From contig CAZDPL010000001.1 of the NCBI GenBank assembly GCA_964507345.1, forward strand, positions 2,073 through 66,072: a stretch of 64,000 bases of DNA, written 5' to 3'. Positions 19,418 to 28,465 of the stretch are shown in pieces; positions within the stretch are counted from its first letter, which is position 1; each line of letters opens with the position of its first letter. A model generated the notes under the pieces. It did no database searches and was not told the origin of the DNA. It worked only from the letters and a program-made list of their open reading frames with translations. The position numbers and the translations under genes were made by a program. This stretch comes from an uncultured Nitrososphaeria archaeon. Its GTDB lineage: Archaea > Thermoproteota > Nitrososphaeria_A > Caldarchaeales > Wolframiiraptoraceae.

Positions 19418-19996
19418 ATGCTAGAGAAGAAGGGTGTTAGAATTCTCGGCATAGCTGAGAGCTTCAGAAAAGGAAGCGGAGAAAAAGCTGTCCTAGCAGG
19501 AGTAGTTATGCGAGCAGACTTCATCATAGACGGAATCGTCATCGGAGAATGCACGGTCGGAGGATTAGATGCTACCGAGAAGATTATCGGAATGTATCGA
19601 TCGCTCAACAGAGACGATGTAATGGCGATAATGCTAAACGGCTGCATAATAAGCTGGTTCAACGTCATAGACCTCCACGAACTCCATAACCAAACAGGTC
19701 TACCAGTAATCGCCGTCAGCTACAATCCCACGAAAGGCATCCGAGAATATTTCATGAAATATTTCCCAGAAGACTGGCAAAAACGCGTCGAGATATACGA
19801 GAAAAATGGACCAAGATACGAGATAGTGAATAAAAACAACCTCACAGTCTATCTCCGATCGATCGGGATAGATGAGGACGATGCGGCGAGGCTCGTAAAT
19901 CGATTCACCCTCTTTGGGAAAATTCCCGAACCGCTCAGAATAGCTAGGCTCATAGCCCATGCAGTACTCCTGCAACGAATGAAAGGCGATAATTAA
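19418..19996 (+). CDS. DUF99/UPF0215 family protein (EndoV-like fold), function unknown
   Basis: VRILGIAESF...AGVVMRADFIIDGIVIGECTVGGLDATEKI...VMAIMLNGCIISWFNVIDLHELHNQTGLPVIAV matches my recollection of the conserved UPF0215 core. Confidence 0.55.
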   Translation: MLEKKGVRILGIAESFRKGSGEKAVLAGVVMRADFIIDGIVIGECTVGGLDATEKIIGMYRSLNRDDVMAIMLNGCIISWFNVIDLHELHNQTGLPVIAVSYNPTKGIREYFMKYFPEDWQKRVEIYEKNGPRYEIVNKNNLTVYLRSIGIDEDDAARLVNRFTLFGKIPEPLRIARLIAHAVLLQRMKGDN

Positions 19997-20022
19997 AAAT
20001 GAGGGATCCTTGAAGAAGCTTG

Positions 20023-21066
20023 ATGACATTATACTTGATAGGGCTTGGCTTAGGATCATCCGAATATCTCACAATTAAAGCTCTGAAGATCTCTGAAAAA
20101 CTGGACAAGCTCTACCTCGATTCCTATACGAGCTTTCTCGAAGAATCTCTAGTCGAAGAACTTAGAGAAAGATTCGGCGAAAAACTGGTCGAGGCAGATC
20201 GCAGTACGCTGGAGGAACATGTAGACGAAATCGTTAAAGAAGCTGAAAATATGGAAGTCGGGATACTCGTCCCAGGAGATCCACTGATAGCTACGACCCA
20301 TGTAGCGATAGTGGTGGAGGCTGCGAAGAGAAATGTTCCCTATAAAATAGTTCACGGAGTATCCGCCCACTGCGCTCTAATATCCGCCTCCTGCCTACAA
20401 GCCTACAAATTCGGAAGAGTTACCACGATTCCGAAAAGCGGGCTGGGAATCGAAACGTGTTACCGCGTGATCGAGGAGAACATGGAACGGGGCTTGCATA
20501 CACTAATCCTACTCGACACAGCTGACGGAGGACTTAGGATACCAGAAGCGCTAAGCCTATTACGTAAAGCCGAAGAAAAGCTAGGCCGAGGAATAATAAA
20601 ACAGGACAGGCTAGTCATATGCCTAGCGAGAATAGGATTTGAAGACGAATTCAAATGGGCTGGCAAACTTCAAGACGCTATGAAAAAAGATTACCCACCC
20701 CCTCCCCACAGCATAATCCTACCAGGAGACCTCCACTTCGCCGAAGCGGAGGCATTAAAAAGAATTTTAAAAGCTGATGAATCGACAATCGATTCCCATG
20801 TTCCGATTAAATCTTGGCGAGCTAGGCTTACAAAATACGTTGCAAACGTTGAAAATGCTTTAAAGACTCTGAACATTACTGAGGACTCATCAAGAGTGCG
20901 GGAAGTTCTGGAACTAGTGAAGAGCTATGTCGAGGATTCAACTCGATTCCAAAAGGAGCGGAGGCTCTTTGAATCTCTTGCCGCAATATCTTACGCAGAA
21001 GGGCTATTAGACTGTCTAAGAATTCTAGGTAAAGCAAATTTCTCATGGAGGTCGCCAACAAGCTAG
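20023..21066 (+). CDS. dph5: Diphthine synthase (Dph5) with a ~95-aa C-terminal extension
   Basis: N-terminal LYLIGLGLG...YLT, then GDPLIATTH and ending LHFAEAEALK, as expected for Dph5 (~255 aa). The ORF continues ~95 codons further. ATG 20023 is used; TTG 20020 is the alternative. Confidence 0.75.
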   Translation: MTLYLIGLGLGSSEYLTIKALKISEKLDKLYLDSYTSFLEESLVEELRERFGEKLVEADRSTLEEHVDEIVKEAENMEVGILVPGDPLIATTHVAIVVEAAKRNVPYKIVHGVSAHCALISASCLQAYKFGRVTTIPKSGLGIETCYRVIEENMERGLHTLILLDTADGGLRIPEALSLLRKAEEKLGRGIIKQDRLVICLARIGFEDEFKWAGKLQDAMKKDYPPPPHSIILPGDLHFAEAEALKRILKADESTIDSHVPIKSWRARLTKYVANVENALKTLNITEDSSRVREVLELVKSYVEDSTRFQKERRLFESLAAISYAEGLLDCLRILGKANFSWRSPTS

Positions 21067-21270
21067 GTTGGCCAGAAGTTCTAAAGTTCTAAAAACCCCA
21101 TGGAAAAATCCTGTAAAAGGAGCCAAAAACTTCTTTATAATCTCAACAGCCTTCTCGCGATTTTCCAGCTTTAGGTCTGTTTTATAGGCTGGTTATACAT
21201 CCATGTGTAAATTGAATGACCTCGCATTCAGAAGATTTTATATGCAGGTGTAAAATATGGAGGTGCGCCT

Positions 21271-21834
21271 ATGAGCTCTGGAGAGGTTAAGTATTCGAGA
21301 CCTGATGCTTTAACGGCTACGGCCTACGTAGTCATGGCCGCTGCAGTAACTGGCGTAGGCTTTTTGCTAACGGCTCCGATACCGCTGATTCCAGGCGCTA
21401 TCCATTGGAGGGTCTTGGCATTCCTTCCATGCATATTCGGAGTTCTCTTCGGCCCAATCGTCGGATTTCTTGCGGGAGCTTTAGGCAATACGCTATGGGC
21501 TGTGCTTGGAGGCTACTTTAACCCTGCTACTCCGATCTTCGACTTGATAGGAGTCGGCTTAACAGGACTTTTACCTGGGCTTTTCTGCAAGCCCGAAGAC
21601 GCTATGAACGCTAAGGGTCTGCTGAAGATAATGGTGGTATCTTTCATCTCGGGAGTGATCATGGTTCCGATCGTTGCGATAGGCTTCGACTGGGTGGGAG
21701 TAGCGCCATTCGGGCCAGCAGTAGTCTTCTTATCGCTAAGCGACCTTCCACCAATCCTGATAGGAACGCCGATAGTGGTGAAGGCTATAGTCCCCCCGCT
21801 TGTTAGGAGGAAGCTTTTAGGATGGCGGCTGTAA
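21271..21834 (+). CDS. ECF transporter substrate-specific (S) component
   Basis: 187-aa polytopic membrane protein directly upstream of, and 13 nt overlapping, the fused EcfA-A' gene. Gly-rich TM helices. Strong GGAGGTG ribosome-binding site. Confidence 0.6.
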   Translation: MSSGEVKYSRPDALTATAYVVMAAAVTGVGFLLTAPIPLIPGAIHWRVLAFLPCIFGVLFGPIVGFLAGALGNTLWAVLGGYFNPATPIFDLIGVGLTGLLPGLFCKPEDAMNAKGLLKIMVVSFISGVIMVPIVAIGFDWVGVAPFGPAVVFLSLSDLPPILIGTPIVVKAIVPPLVRRKLLGWRL

Positions 21835-23306
21835 AGGAGGATGGACTTCGAGTTGAGGGTCTAGGCTGTAGGTATGATAAATACTGGATCTTCCGAGACT
21901 TAAACTTCGCAGTAAAGCCTGGCGAAGCCGTCGCGATTATAGGACCAAGCGGGTCGGGAAAAACTACGCTAGCTTACTGTCTTGCTGGGATAATACCGAA
22001 TAGAATCAAAGCCGAAGTTGAAGGGAAAGTCCTCGTAGATGGGAGGAACGTTCTAACCTCGAAACTTAAAGAAAACGTCAAAGTCATAAACATCATATTG
22101 CAGAACTATGAAATGCAAATCTTCGGACTAACCGTTGAAGAAGACTTAGCTTTCGGCTTAGAAAACCTCGGTCTCGAGGAAGAAGAAATCAAGGCGAGAA
22201 TAAACTGGGCTCTTGAAATGTTTGGGCTATCGAAGTATAGATCTTACTATGTCCACGAACTATCTGGAGGACTTCGACAAAGGCTTGCCATAGCATCATC
22301 AATAGTCACAGCGCCGAAATACTTGGTGATGGACGATCCAACGGCAAACCTAGACTGGAGGGGAATACTTGAGCTAAATGAGAATATCCAGAAGCTAAAA
22401 GCGGAGGGAAAAGGCGTAATCATAATGGCGAGAAGACTTAAAGGACTTGAAGAATCAATTGATAAAGTAATCCATCTAAATACCAGAGAAAGAAGTTTCA
22501 AAAACTCCGTAAACCACTGCTTGAAGAACTCAAATAAAATCCAAGTAAATGATCCAGCAATAATATTCGAAAACGTTTGGTTCAAATACGCAAGGGAATA
22601 CGTATTGAAGGAAGTCAACCTAAAGATTTCAAAGGGACAATGCGTCGCCCTAATGGGTCCAAACGGCTCCGGGAAAACCACCTTAGTCAAACACATTAAT
22701 GGGCTGCTCAAACCGATAAAGGGCCGGGTCTTAGTTTTAGGTAACGACACTAGGGAATGCAGTCCAGCTCAGCTAGCGAGATATGTGGCCTTTGTTTTTC
22801 AAGATCCAGATAAACATATCACTTGTGAAACCGTTTGGGATGAAGTAATGTTTGGTCCAAGAAATCTAGGGCTCAGTGAGCGTTACGCCGAAGAAGCGCT
22901 GAGAACGCTAGGGCTTCTAGAGCGGAAGAATGATCCGCCGTATCTTCTAAGCATGGGCGAGAAAATCAGGGTCTCAATAGCTGGAGCATTATCAATGAAT
23001 CCCGAGGTCCTGATACTCGACGAGCCGACGACTGGACAAGATGAGGAAACACTCTCGATAATATCATCCGTGATAAATCGATTAAAATCCATGGGCAAAA
23101 CCGTGCTTGTAGTTACTCACGACAGCGACTTCGCTTTAAGCGTAAGCGATAGAGTGATAGTAATGAAAGAAGGCGTTATCGCCGCGGATGCCGCTCCAAA
23201 AGACATATTGCTAAATGAGGTTGTTGTCAATGAGTTAGGTCTAGAACCTCCGACGATTCTTCTTGAATCTAGCGTTAAGGCTGCGGAGGCGATAGCATAT
23301 GATTAA
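21822..23306 (+). CDS. ecfA: Energy-coupling-factor transporter ATPase, fused EcfA-EcfA' (two ABC domains)
   Basis: Two Walker A motifs (GPSGSGKTT, GPNGSGKTT), two signatures (LSGGLRQR, LSMGEKIR) and two Walker B motifs in 494 aa. Confidence 0.85.
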   Translation: MAAVKEDGLRVEGLGCRYDKYWIFRDLNFAVKPGEAVAIIGPSGSGKTTLAYCLAGIIPNRIKAEVEGKVLVDGRNVLTSKLKENVKVINIILQNYEMQIFGLTVEEDLAFGLENLGLEEEEIKARINWALEMFGLSKYRSYYVHELSGGLRQRLAIASSIVTAPKYLVMDDPTANLDWRGILELNENIQKLKAEGKGVIIMARRLKGLEESIDKVIHLNTRERSFKNSVNHCLKNSNKIQVNDPAIIFENVWFKYAREYVLKEVNLKISKGQCVALMGPNGSGKTTLVKHINGLLKPIKGRVLVLGNDTRECSPAQLARYVAFVFQDPDKHITCETVWDEVMFGPRNLGLSERYAEEALRTLGLLERKNDPPYLLSMGEKIRVSIAGALSMNPEVLILDEPTTGQDEETLSIISSVINRLKSMGKTVLVVTHDSDFALSVSDRVIVMKEGVIAADAAPKDILLNEVVVNELGLEPPTILLESSVKAAEAIAYD

Positions 23307-24018
23307 GCTCGATCTTGATCCCAGAACTAAGGTGATAGCTTTCTCATCTGTAATAGCTTTGGTTTTCATCTGCAAAGATGTCATCGTGATGTTGGCTCTC
23401 GTGGCCGCCGCTCTCGCAACAGCGCTTCTAAGTGAGAGGAGAAATTTCATCGCCAGAGGACTTAAAACCATGGCGCCGCTTCTATTGGTTGCCTTCTTCT
23501 TATGGTCTTTTATGCATGAGTGGTCGATATTCCAGCGATATAGTGAAGGAACAAATTTCCAGCTTGGAGCATTTATGACTCTTAGACTTTTCCTCATACT
23601 TCTGGCCTCCTTAGAATTTGTTGCAATGATCGGGCCAAGCGAACTCATTAAAGCTTTGAACTCGTTCAGGCTACCCTATAAAGCGGTTTTCATCCTAGGT
23701 CTCACCATGAGACATCTCTACACGATAGCTGACGATTACAGAGCAATCAAGGAAGCGCAGGCATCGAGAGGTCTCGAACTGGATAAGGGATCATTAACGA
23801 AAAGAATCAAAAACTACATCCCAGTGCTAATACCCCTCTTCGTTAGGAGCATAGAAAACGCAGAGAAGCTCACTTTAGCAATGGAGCTTAGATCCTTCTC
23901 ATTTAAGAGAAAGCGATACCTTACTCAAAAGCTCAAACCAGCTGACATCCTATTAATCTCCATCTTCTTCATAGCGATAACTTTAGCGATTTCCCACTAT
24001 TGGATAGGGGTACTTTAA
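23299..24018 (+). CDS. ecfT: Energy-coupling-factor transporter transmembrane (T) component, CbiQ family
   Basis: 239-aa membrane protein overlapping the ecfA stop. A conserved ARxxRG-like stretch (AQASRGL) and the operon position support the call. Confidence 0.8.
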   Translation: MIKLDLDPRTKVIAFSSVIALVFICKDVIVMLALVAAALATALLSERRNFIARGLKTMAPLLLVAFFLWSFMHEWSIFQRYSEGTNFQLGAFMTLRLFLILLASLEFVAMIGPSELIKALNSFRLPYKAVFILGLTMRHLYTIADDYRAIKEAQASRGLELDKGSLTKRIKNYIPVLIPLFVRSIENAEKLTLAMELRSFSFKRKRYLTQKLKPADILLISIFFIAITLAISHYWIGVL

Positions 24019-24019
24019 A

Positions 24020-24634
24020 ATGACGGAGCGAATCGCATTATACAGAGGACAGAAATACTATAGAATAAGAATCGGCAGCGTCACCAGAGACCTTCCCATC
24101 GTCCAAGTTGATGAGGATCTATGGATAGCATCAAATGCGGGGATAATATTAGGTGATATAGAATTCATATCTGCCGCTGCAGAAGCCATGGTGAAAAGGC
24201 TGAAGCCTCTGAGACCCGAAATAGTAATCACTCCTGAAGCCAAGGCAATAGCCTTTGCCTACGAAGTGGCCAAGGCTCTAGGTCACAAAAGGCTGATCAT
24301 AGGCAGAAAAAGCGTAAAGGCATACATGAAAGATTATCTAATCGAAGAAGTTAAATCAATAACCACGCGAGAGAAGCAGGTAATCGTGCTGACCAAGGAA
24401 GATGCTGATTACGTGGCTGGTAAGCGGGTCTGCCTTCTCGATGATGTCGTCTCAACTGGAGGCACGATCAAGGCTCTCGAAAAACTAGTCGAAAAAGCTG
24501 GAGGAAAAATAGTATGCAAGGCCGCAATCTGGATAGAAGGCCCGTGGTATAAAGGAGACTTAATTTACCTTGGGGAGTTGCCGATATTCGTTACAGAGCG
24601 CAAGCTCCAATCAATTAAAGAATCTCTCACGTAA
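24020..24634 (+). CDS. Type I phosphoribosyltransferase-fold protein (purine/adenine PRTase-like)
   Basis: PRPP-binding motif VCLLDDVVSTGGTI. 204 aa. Immediately follows ecfT. Confidence 0.65.
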   Translation: MTERIALYRGQKYYRIRIGSVTRDLPIVQVDEDLWIASNAGIILGDIEFISAAAEAMVKRLKPLRPEIVITPEAKAIAFAYEVAKALGHKRLIIGRKSVKAYMKDYLIEEVKSITTREKQVIVLTKEDADYVAGKRVCLLDDVVSTGGTIKALEKLVEKAGGKIVCKAAIWIEGPWYKGDLIYLGELPIFVTERKLQSIKESLT

Positions 24635-24739
24635 AAATCTCTTCTTTATCTTTCAATTACTTTGTTCTGTAAAAATTTACGTAGCCGATAATGCTAGGAT
24701 TAAATAGGCTCTTTCAAGACTATTCTGCTAGTGGCGTGG

Positions 24740-25198
24740 ATGAGGAAGCGCGTTCTGGCTTCAGGAGCTTTTGAATTAATCCACTCAGGACATGTGAAGT
24801 TTCTAGAAGAGGCAAGGAAACTTGGTGGAGAAAACTCGGAATTGATTGTCGTGGTTGCTAGGGATGAAACCATTCGAAGGAGGAAGAGGAGGGAGCCTAT
24901 CCTAGGAGAAGAGTCTCGCAGATACATTGTTTCGATGCTTAAGCCCGTTGATAAAGCAATCTTAGGCCATGTGCCATTTTCCTTTAGCAAAGTGATCGAA
25001 GAAGTTAAGCCTGACCTAGTAGTGTTCGGACATGATCAGGAGGATTTAATGAAAGAGTTTATCGACTTCGTTAAGAGAGAAAACTTGAAAATAGAAATCG
25101 CGAAAGTGGGGAAATTTTCATCAGGAGATCCTTGTAGCACCAGCGAGATAATTCAGAAAATATCTAAGATGCTCAAGTCCGTTGTCGAGAAGACATAA
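24740..25198 (+). CDS. ribL: FAD synthetase RibL (archaeal FMN adenylyltransferase)
   Basis: RVLASGAFELIHSGHVKFLEEARKLG ... LIVVVARDETIRRRKRREPILGEESRRYIVSMLKPVDKAILG aligns closely to the MJ1179-type RibL in my recollection. ATG 24740; the track's GTG 24731 is the alternative. Confidence 0.8.
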   Translation: MRKRVLASGAFELIHSGHVKFLEEARKLGGENSELIVVVARDETIRRRKRREPILGEESRRYIVSMLKPVDKAILGHVPFSFSKVIEEVKPDLVVFGHDQEDLMKEFIDFVKRENLKIEIAKVGKFSSGDPCSTSEIIQKISKMLKSVVEKT

Positions 25199-25243
25199 CC
25201 TTAACCCGTCGATCTACATGTTTTAGAAACTCGCTTACATTCT

Positions 25244-25948
25244 TCAAATCTTTGACGATAGATTTATGGGGGAAATTTTAACCTTAAGAGTTACTTTGTC
25301 GCCGTCTTTTAGGTTAAACTTTTTCCGCAGGCATACTGGAGCGACTATCTCGATTACGTTCTTTGAGTAGTGGGTTCTTTCGATGAAGATTATGAAAACC
25401 TCCTCTCCATCGAGAAGTCCTCGAATGCATTTTGCCCCTCCATAAGCTCTCACGCCATTAGAGAATCCTTCTATAACTACATCCGCCGCTTTTTCCAAAA
25501 GCATGCGTTTGAGAATATCCTCTTTCTTAACGAGTCTTAGATTTAACGTTCCTGGATATGGTTTGAAGCCAAGTTTTCTTTTGAATTCATCTAAGTAATG
25601 CGGTAACTGGGTATAGTATGCTCCTTCGCCTAAGCCTGTGAACACTACTCCTTCCAATTTCACTTCGGACTCCTTTTCGAAAATATCTTTCAGCTGGATA
25701 TGCATTTCGAGAAGTTCTTTCAAAGCTTTCTCAGTCAGCCTAATTTTTCGAAATCTACCAACCCCCTCTCTTTCAAGGAATCCCTCCTTTTCCAATTCTA
25801 TCAAGATCCTTGAGGCAGATTGTTGAGAAATTTTGAGTTCTTCCGCAAGTTTTACCGTTGAGAGGGGCAACCCTTCTGTAAGTGCTCCATGTTTTGCGAG
25901 ATATAATATGACTCTGCCTTTAAGGTTCAGGATGTTTCCGAATTGCAT
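25244..25948 (-). CDS. rbkR: CTP-dependent riboflavin kinase fused to an N-terminal winged-helix domain (RbkR-type regulator/kinase)
   Basis: The C-terminal ~130 aa (GLGEGAYYTQLPHY...PGTLNLRL...EVFIIFIERTHYSKNVIEIVAPVCLRKKFNLKDGDKV) matches the MJ0056-type kinase. The N-terminal ~100 aa is a wHTH (LKISQQSASRILIELEKEGFL). Confidence 0.7.
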   Translation of the reverse strand: MQFGNILNLKGRVILYLAKHGALTEGLPLSTVKLAEELKISQQSASRILIELEKEGFLEREGVGRFRKIRLTEKALKELLEMHIQLKDIFEKESEVKLEGVVFTGLGEGAYYTQLPHYLDEFKRKLGFKPYPGTLNLRLVKKEDILKRMLLEKAADVVIEGFSNGVRAYGGAKCIRGLLDGEEVFIIFIERTHYSKNVIEIVAPVCLRKKFNLKDGDKVTLKVKISPINLSSKI

Positions 25949-25954
25949 GATAAA

Positions 25955-26560
25955 TTAGAGAGTGATCGTCTCGTTTATCTTCAATCCTTCCTTCGTAAAC
26001 AATAGCAAGTCTATTCCGTTTCCGCTTGCTGCATCTCTCGAGATTGAGGCTTTAACAGCTTTGATCGCAAGCTCCCTAAGTTCTTCCGGTTTTAGGTTCG
26101 ATTTGTAATTGCTTTCTATTACTCCTATTGCTATTTCCGCGCCTGATCCCACTACGGCGTAGTCGTCTTCGATCATTGAGCCGAGTGGGTCGAGTACGAT
26201 TATGTGGGCGCCTGTGTCGTCGAAGCCTCCGACTATTGTTTCAGTAAGGTATGGAACGAATCGGCTGCTGAATAGGTAGTTTGAGAGAACTTTGGCGACT
26301 GTTCGCACTTGAGGCTCCCGTTTATACGTGTACTTGTAGAGGTTGATTTCAGCTTGGGCGTCGCGGATGAGGGTTTGCATATCTCCTACGAGTCCTGCGC
26401 ATGCTGCTCCAATTTTGGATGTTATCTGGAATACCTTTCTAACGTTTTTGCTCATGACAAAGTAGCCGTAGGTGAGCCTTTTCTCGGATGCGAGAATAAC
26501 TCCCGTTTCGGTTTTTATTCCGATCGTGGTCGCGCCAGGATACGGAAAACGCTGAGCCAT
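25955..26560 (-). CDS. psmB: Proteasome beta subunit (with propeptide)
   Basis: Propeptide MAQRFPYPGA followed by catalytic TTIGIKTETGVILASEKR. 201 aa. Confidence 0.9.
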   Translation of the reverse strand: MAQRFPYPGATTIGIKTETGVILASEKRLTYGYFVMSKNVRKVFQITSKIGAACAGLVGDMQTLIRDAQAEINLYKYTYKREPQVRTVAKVLSNYLFSSRFVPYLTETIVGGFDDTGAHIIVLDPLGSMIEDDYAVVGSGAEIAIGVIESNYKSNLKPEELRELAIKAVKASISRDAASGNGIDLLLFTKEGLKINETITL

Positions 26561-26652
26561 TATTCTTAACCCGGGTAAACCAGCATCCTTCCAGCTCTTA
26601 ACTGTTACTACGGCTTTTCAGGCGCGTTTTCTCGGTAAAACAGCTTATTTGG

Positions 26653-27441
26653 TCAAACTTTCTGGAAAACTATCTCATCGCCGGGCGAGATTCCGAAACG
26701 AGAGGCCGCGTTTCCTCTGTTGATAGAAAATTCGATATATCCCGTTCCACCATCTGTTATCAGCGGATTTCCCACCGGAGCGTACGCATAAGCTTTTACG
26801 TATCTGCATTTTACCTGCTTACCAGCTGCGGTCACCATGACTTCCTCGCCATGTCTTGCGAAGAATTTTTCTGAGGGGATGTTCGTGATTACGTTTCCAA
26901 ATCTGTCGACATGCATTACCTTGGCCTCGATCTTGCTTTCAGAAAACTTTGGTTCAGGTAGCTTAAGCTTAACGCATTCGGAAGTTTTCATCCCGATCTC
27001 GTTTAAGGATCTTCCAGCGGCTAGCATTCCCGCGACGTGGGCGAAAACATCTCGTCCATGAAATGTTTCGCATTTCCTAGGTGGAAGTTTCGATTCATCT
27101 ATCATATACACGGATTTTATCCCAAGTTCTTCAGCTGCTGGAACCATGAAGCCTGTGTCCGGTCCTATGAACAGATCTCCTCTACTCGTCTCTATTACTA
27201 TACTTCTTCTCTCGGATCCCACTCCGGGGTCAACCACGCAGACATGGATTGTTCCACGTGGCATATGCGGCGCGCTGATCTTAAGGATGAAGGCTGCTTG
27301 GATTTCGTTAAAGGCTGAAACCTCGTGCGTTAGGTCGATTATGGCCGCGTCTCTGACGTAGGACAGTATTACGGCCTTGATTTGCGCGACGTAGGGATCC
27401 TTAAGACCATAATCTGTCAGAAGCGAGATTACGGGCTTCAC
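26653..27441 (-). CDS. S-adenosyl-L-methionine hydroxide adenosyltransferase family protein (DUF62 / SAM hydrolase, fluorinase-like fold)
   Basis: ISLLTDYGLKDPYVAQIKAV...VCVVDPGVGSERR...HGRDVFAHVAG. GTG start. 262 aa. Confidence 0.75.
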   Translation of the reverse strand: MKPVISLLTDYGLKDPYVAQIKAVILSYVRDAAIIDLTHEVSAFNEIQAAFILKISAPHMPRGTIHVCVVDPGVGSERRSIVIETSRGDLFIGPDTGFMVPAAEELGIKSVYMIDESKLPPRKCETFHGRDVFAHVAGMLAAGRSLNEIGMKTSECVKLKLPEPKFSESKIEAKVMHVDRFGNVITNIPSEKFFARHGEEVMVTAAGKQVKCRYVKAYAYAPVGNPLITDGGTGYIEFSINRGNAASRFGISPGDEIVFQKV

Positions 27442-27596
27442 GCTTAGATCCCCCGGTTACAGGCTCAGCGCTTTTAACTATCTTCATTTCTCCGGCAGCC
27501 AGGAGTCATCATCGCCTAGAATAATTGCGAGCCTTCTGGGATTTTAGTATGCTCCTAATGGAATGAGTTAAGTCGTATCTTTGTCTAGGTTTATTC

Positions 27597-28433
27597 GTGA
27601 TTCGCGTTAGGAAGTTTGATGGAAGCCTTGAGCTATATGATCAGTCGAAGGTTATTAGAACGGCTATTCGAATGGGGCTTGATAGGAAGGCTGCCGAGGA
27701 GCTTGCAGACGAGATCTCCAGCAAAGTCTATGATGGAATTCCAACGAGTGAAATACTGTCACTTATCCATGATCTCGCGAGCAAGATAAGGCCGGAACTG
27801 AAATATGTCGAAAATCTCCGTGAAGCGATTTCGGCGATGAGACCTAAACCAGACTTCGAAGAGTATGTTAGAATAGTTTTGAAGGCTGCTGGATATATGG
27901 TGGAGCCTGGAAGAGTTTTGGAAGGCAGATGCATAGATCATGAGATAGATGGAATAGCTTTCAAGGATGATGAGGTGGCGATTGTTGAAACGAAGCATCA
28001 TGTAAATCCTCACGCCTATACGGGGCTAGATACAGTCCTCCAGCTATGGGCAGCCCTAGAAGACTTGAAAGAGGGACATAGATTGGGGTTCCATAATTAT
28101 CCCTTTACTTCAGCATTGCTGGTATGCAATACGAAGATATCTATGCATGCGGAGCGCTATGCGAGATGCAAAGGAATGAAATACATGGTTTGGAATTATC
28201 CTAGAGCGTTCGCTTTGAGGGACATAATAGCCTCGCATAAAATCTATCCGATCACTATGCTGAAAACGCTTTCAAGAAATCAGATCGCGAAGCTCGGAGA
28301 CATGGGCATAGTAACAATCTCGCAGCTTAAGGAATTGAGAAAGGATGAAGTTGCGAGAATTCTCAACGTAAGCGAGGAGCATTCAGAACATTTACTTAAA
28401 TTAGCTGAGATAATGCTCCAGACACCGCGATAA
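27597..28433 (+). CDS. ATP-cone domain plus PD-(D/E)xK (Mrr-cat-like) nuclease domain plus C-terminal HhH-like region protein
   Basis: The N-terminal ~90 aa (MIRVRKFDGSLELYDQSKVIRTAI...) matches the ATP-cone. The middle has FEEYVRIVLKAAGYMV...IDHEIDGIAFKDDEVAIVETKHH, a D...E-x-K core. The C-terminus has LSRNQIAKLGDMGIVTISQLKEL, which is HhH-like. GTG start. Confidence 0.6.
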   Translation: MIRVRKFDGSLELYDQSKVIRTAIRMGLDRKAAEELADEISSKVYDGIPTSEILSLIHDLASKIRPELKYVENLREAISAMRPKPDFEEYVRIVLKAAGYMVEPGRVLEGRCIDHEIDGIAFKDDEVAIVETKHHVNPHAYTGLDTVLQLWAALEDLKEGHRLGFHNYPFTSALLVCNTKISMHAERYARCKGMKYMVWNYPRAFALRDIIASHKIYPITMLKTLSRNQIAKLGDMGIVTISQLKELRKDEVARILNVSEEHSEHLLKLAEIMLQTPR

Positions 28434-28465
28434 CCTAATATTTCCTTCATGCAGACTTGCCTCGG

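Noticed and set aside
21077-21092. Tandem gttctaaa x2 upstream of the ECF S-component
   Set aside because: Two copies of an 8-mer in an AT-rich leader can occur by chance. It is mentioned only as a possible half-site in the riboflavin finding.
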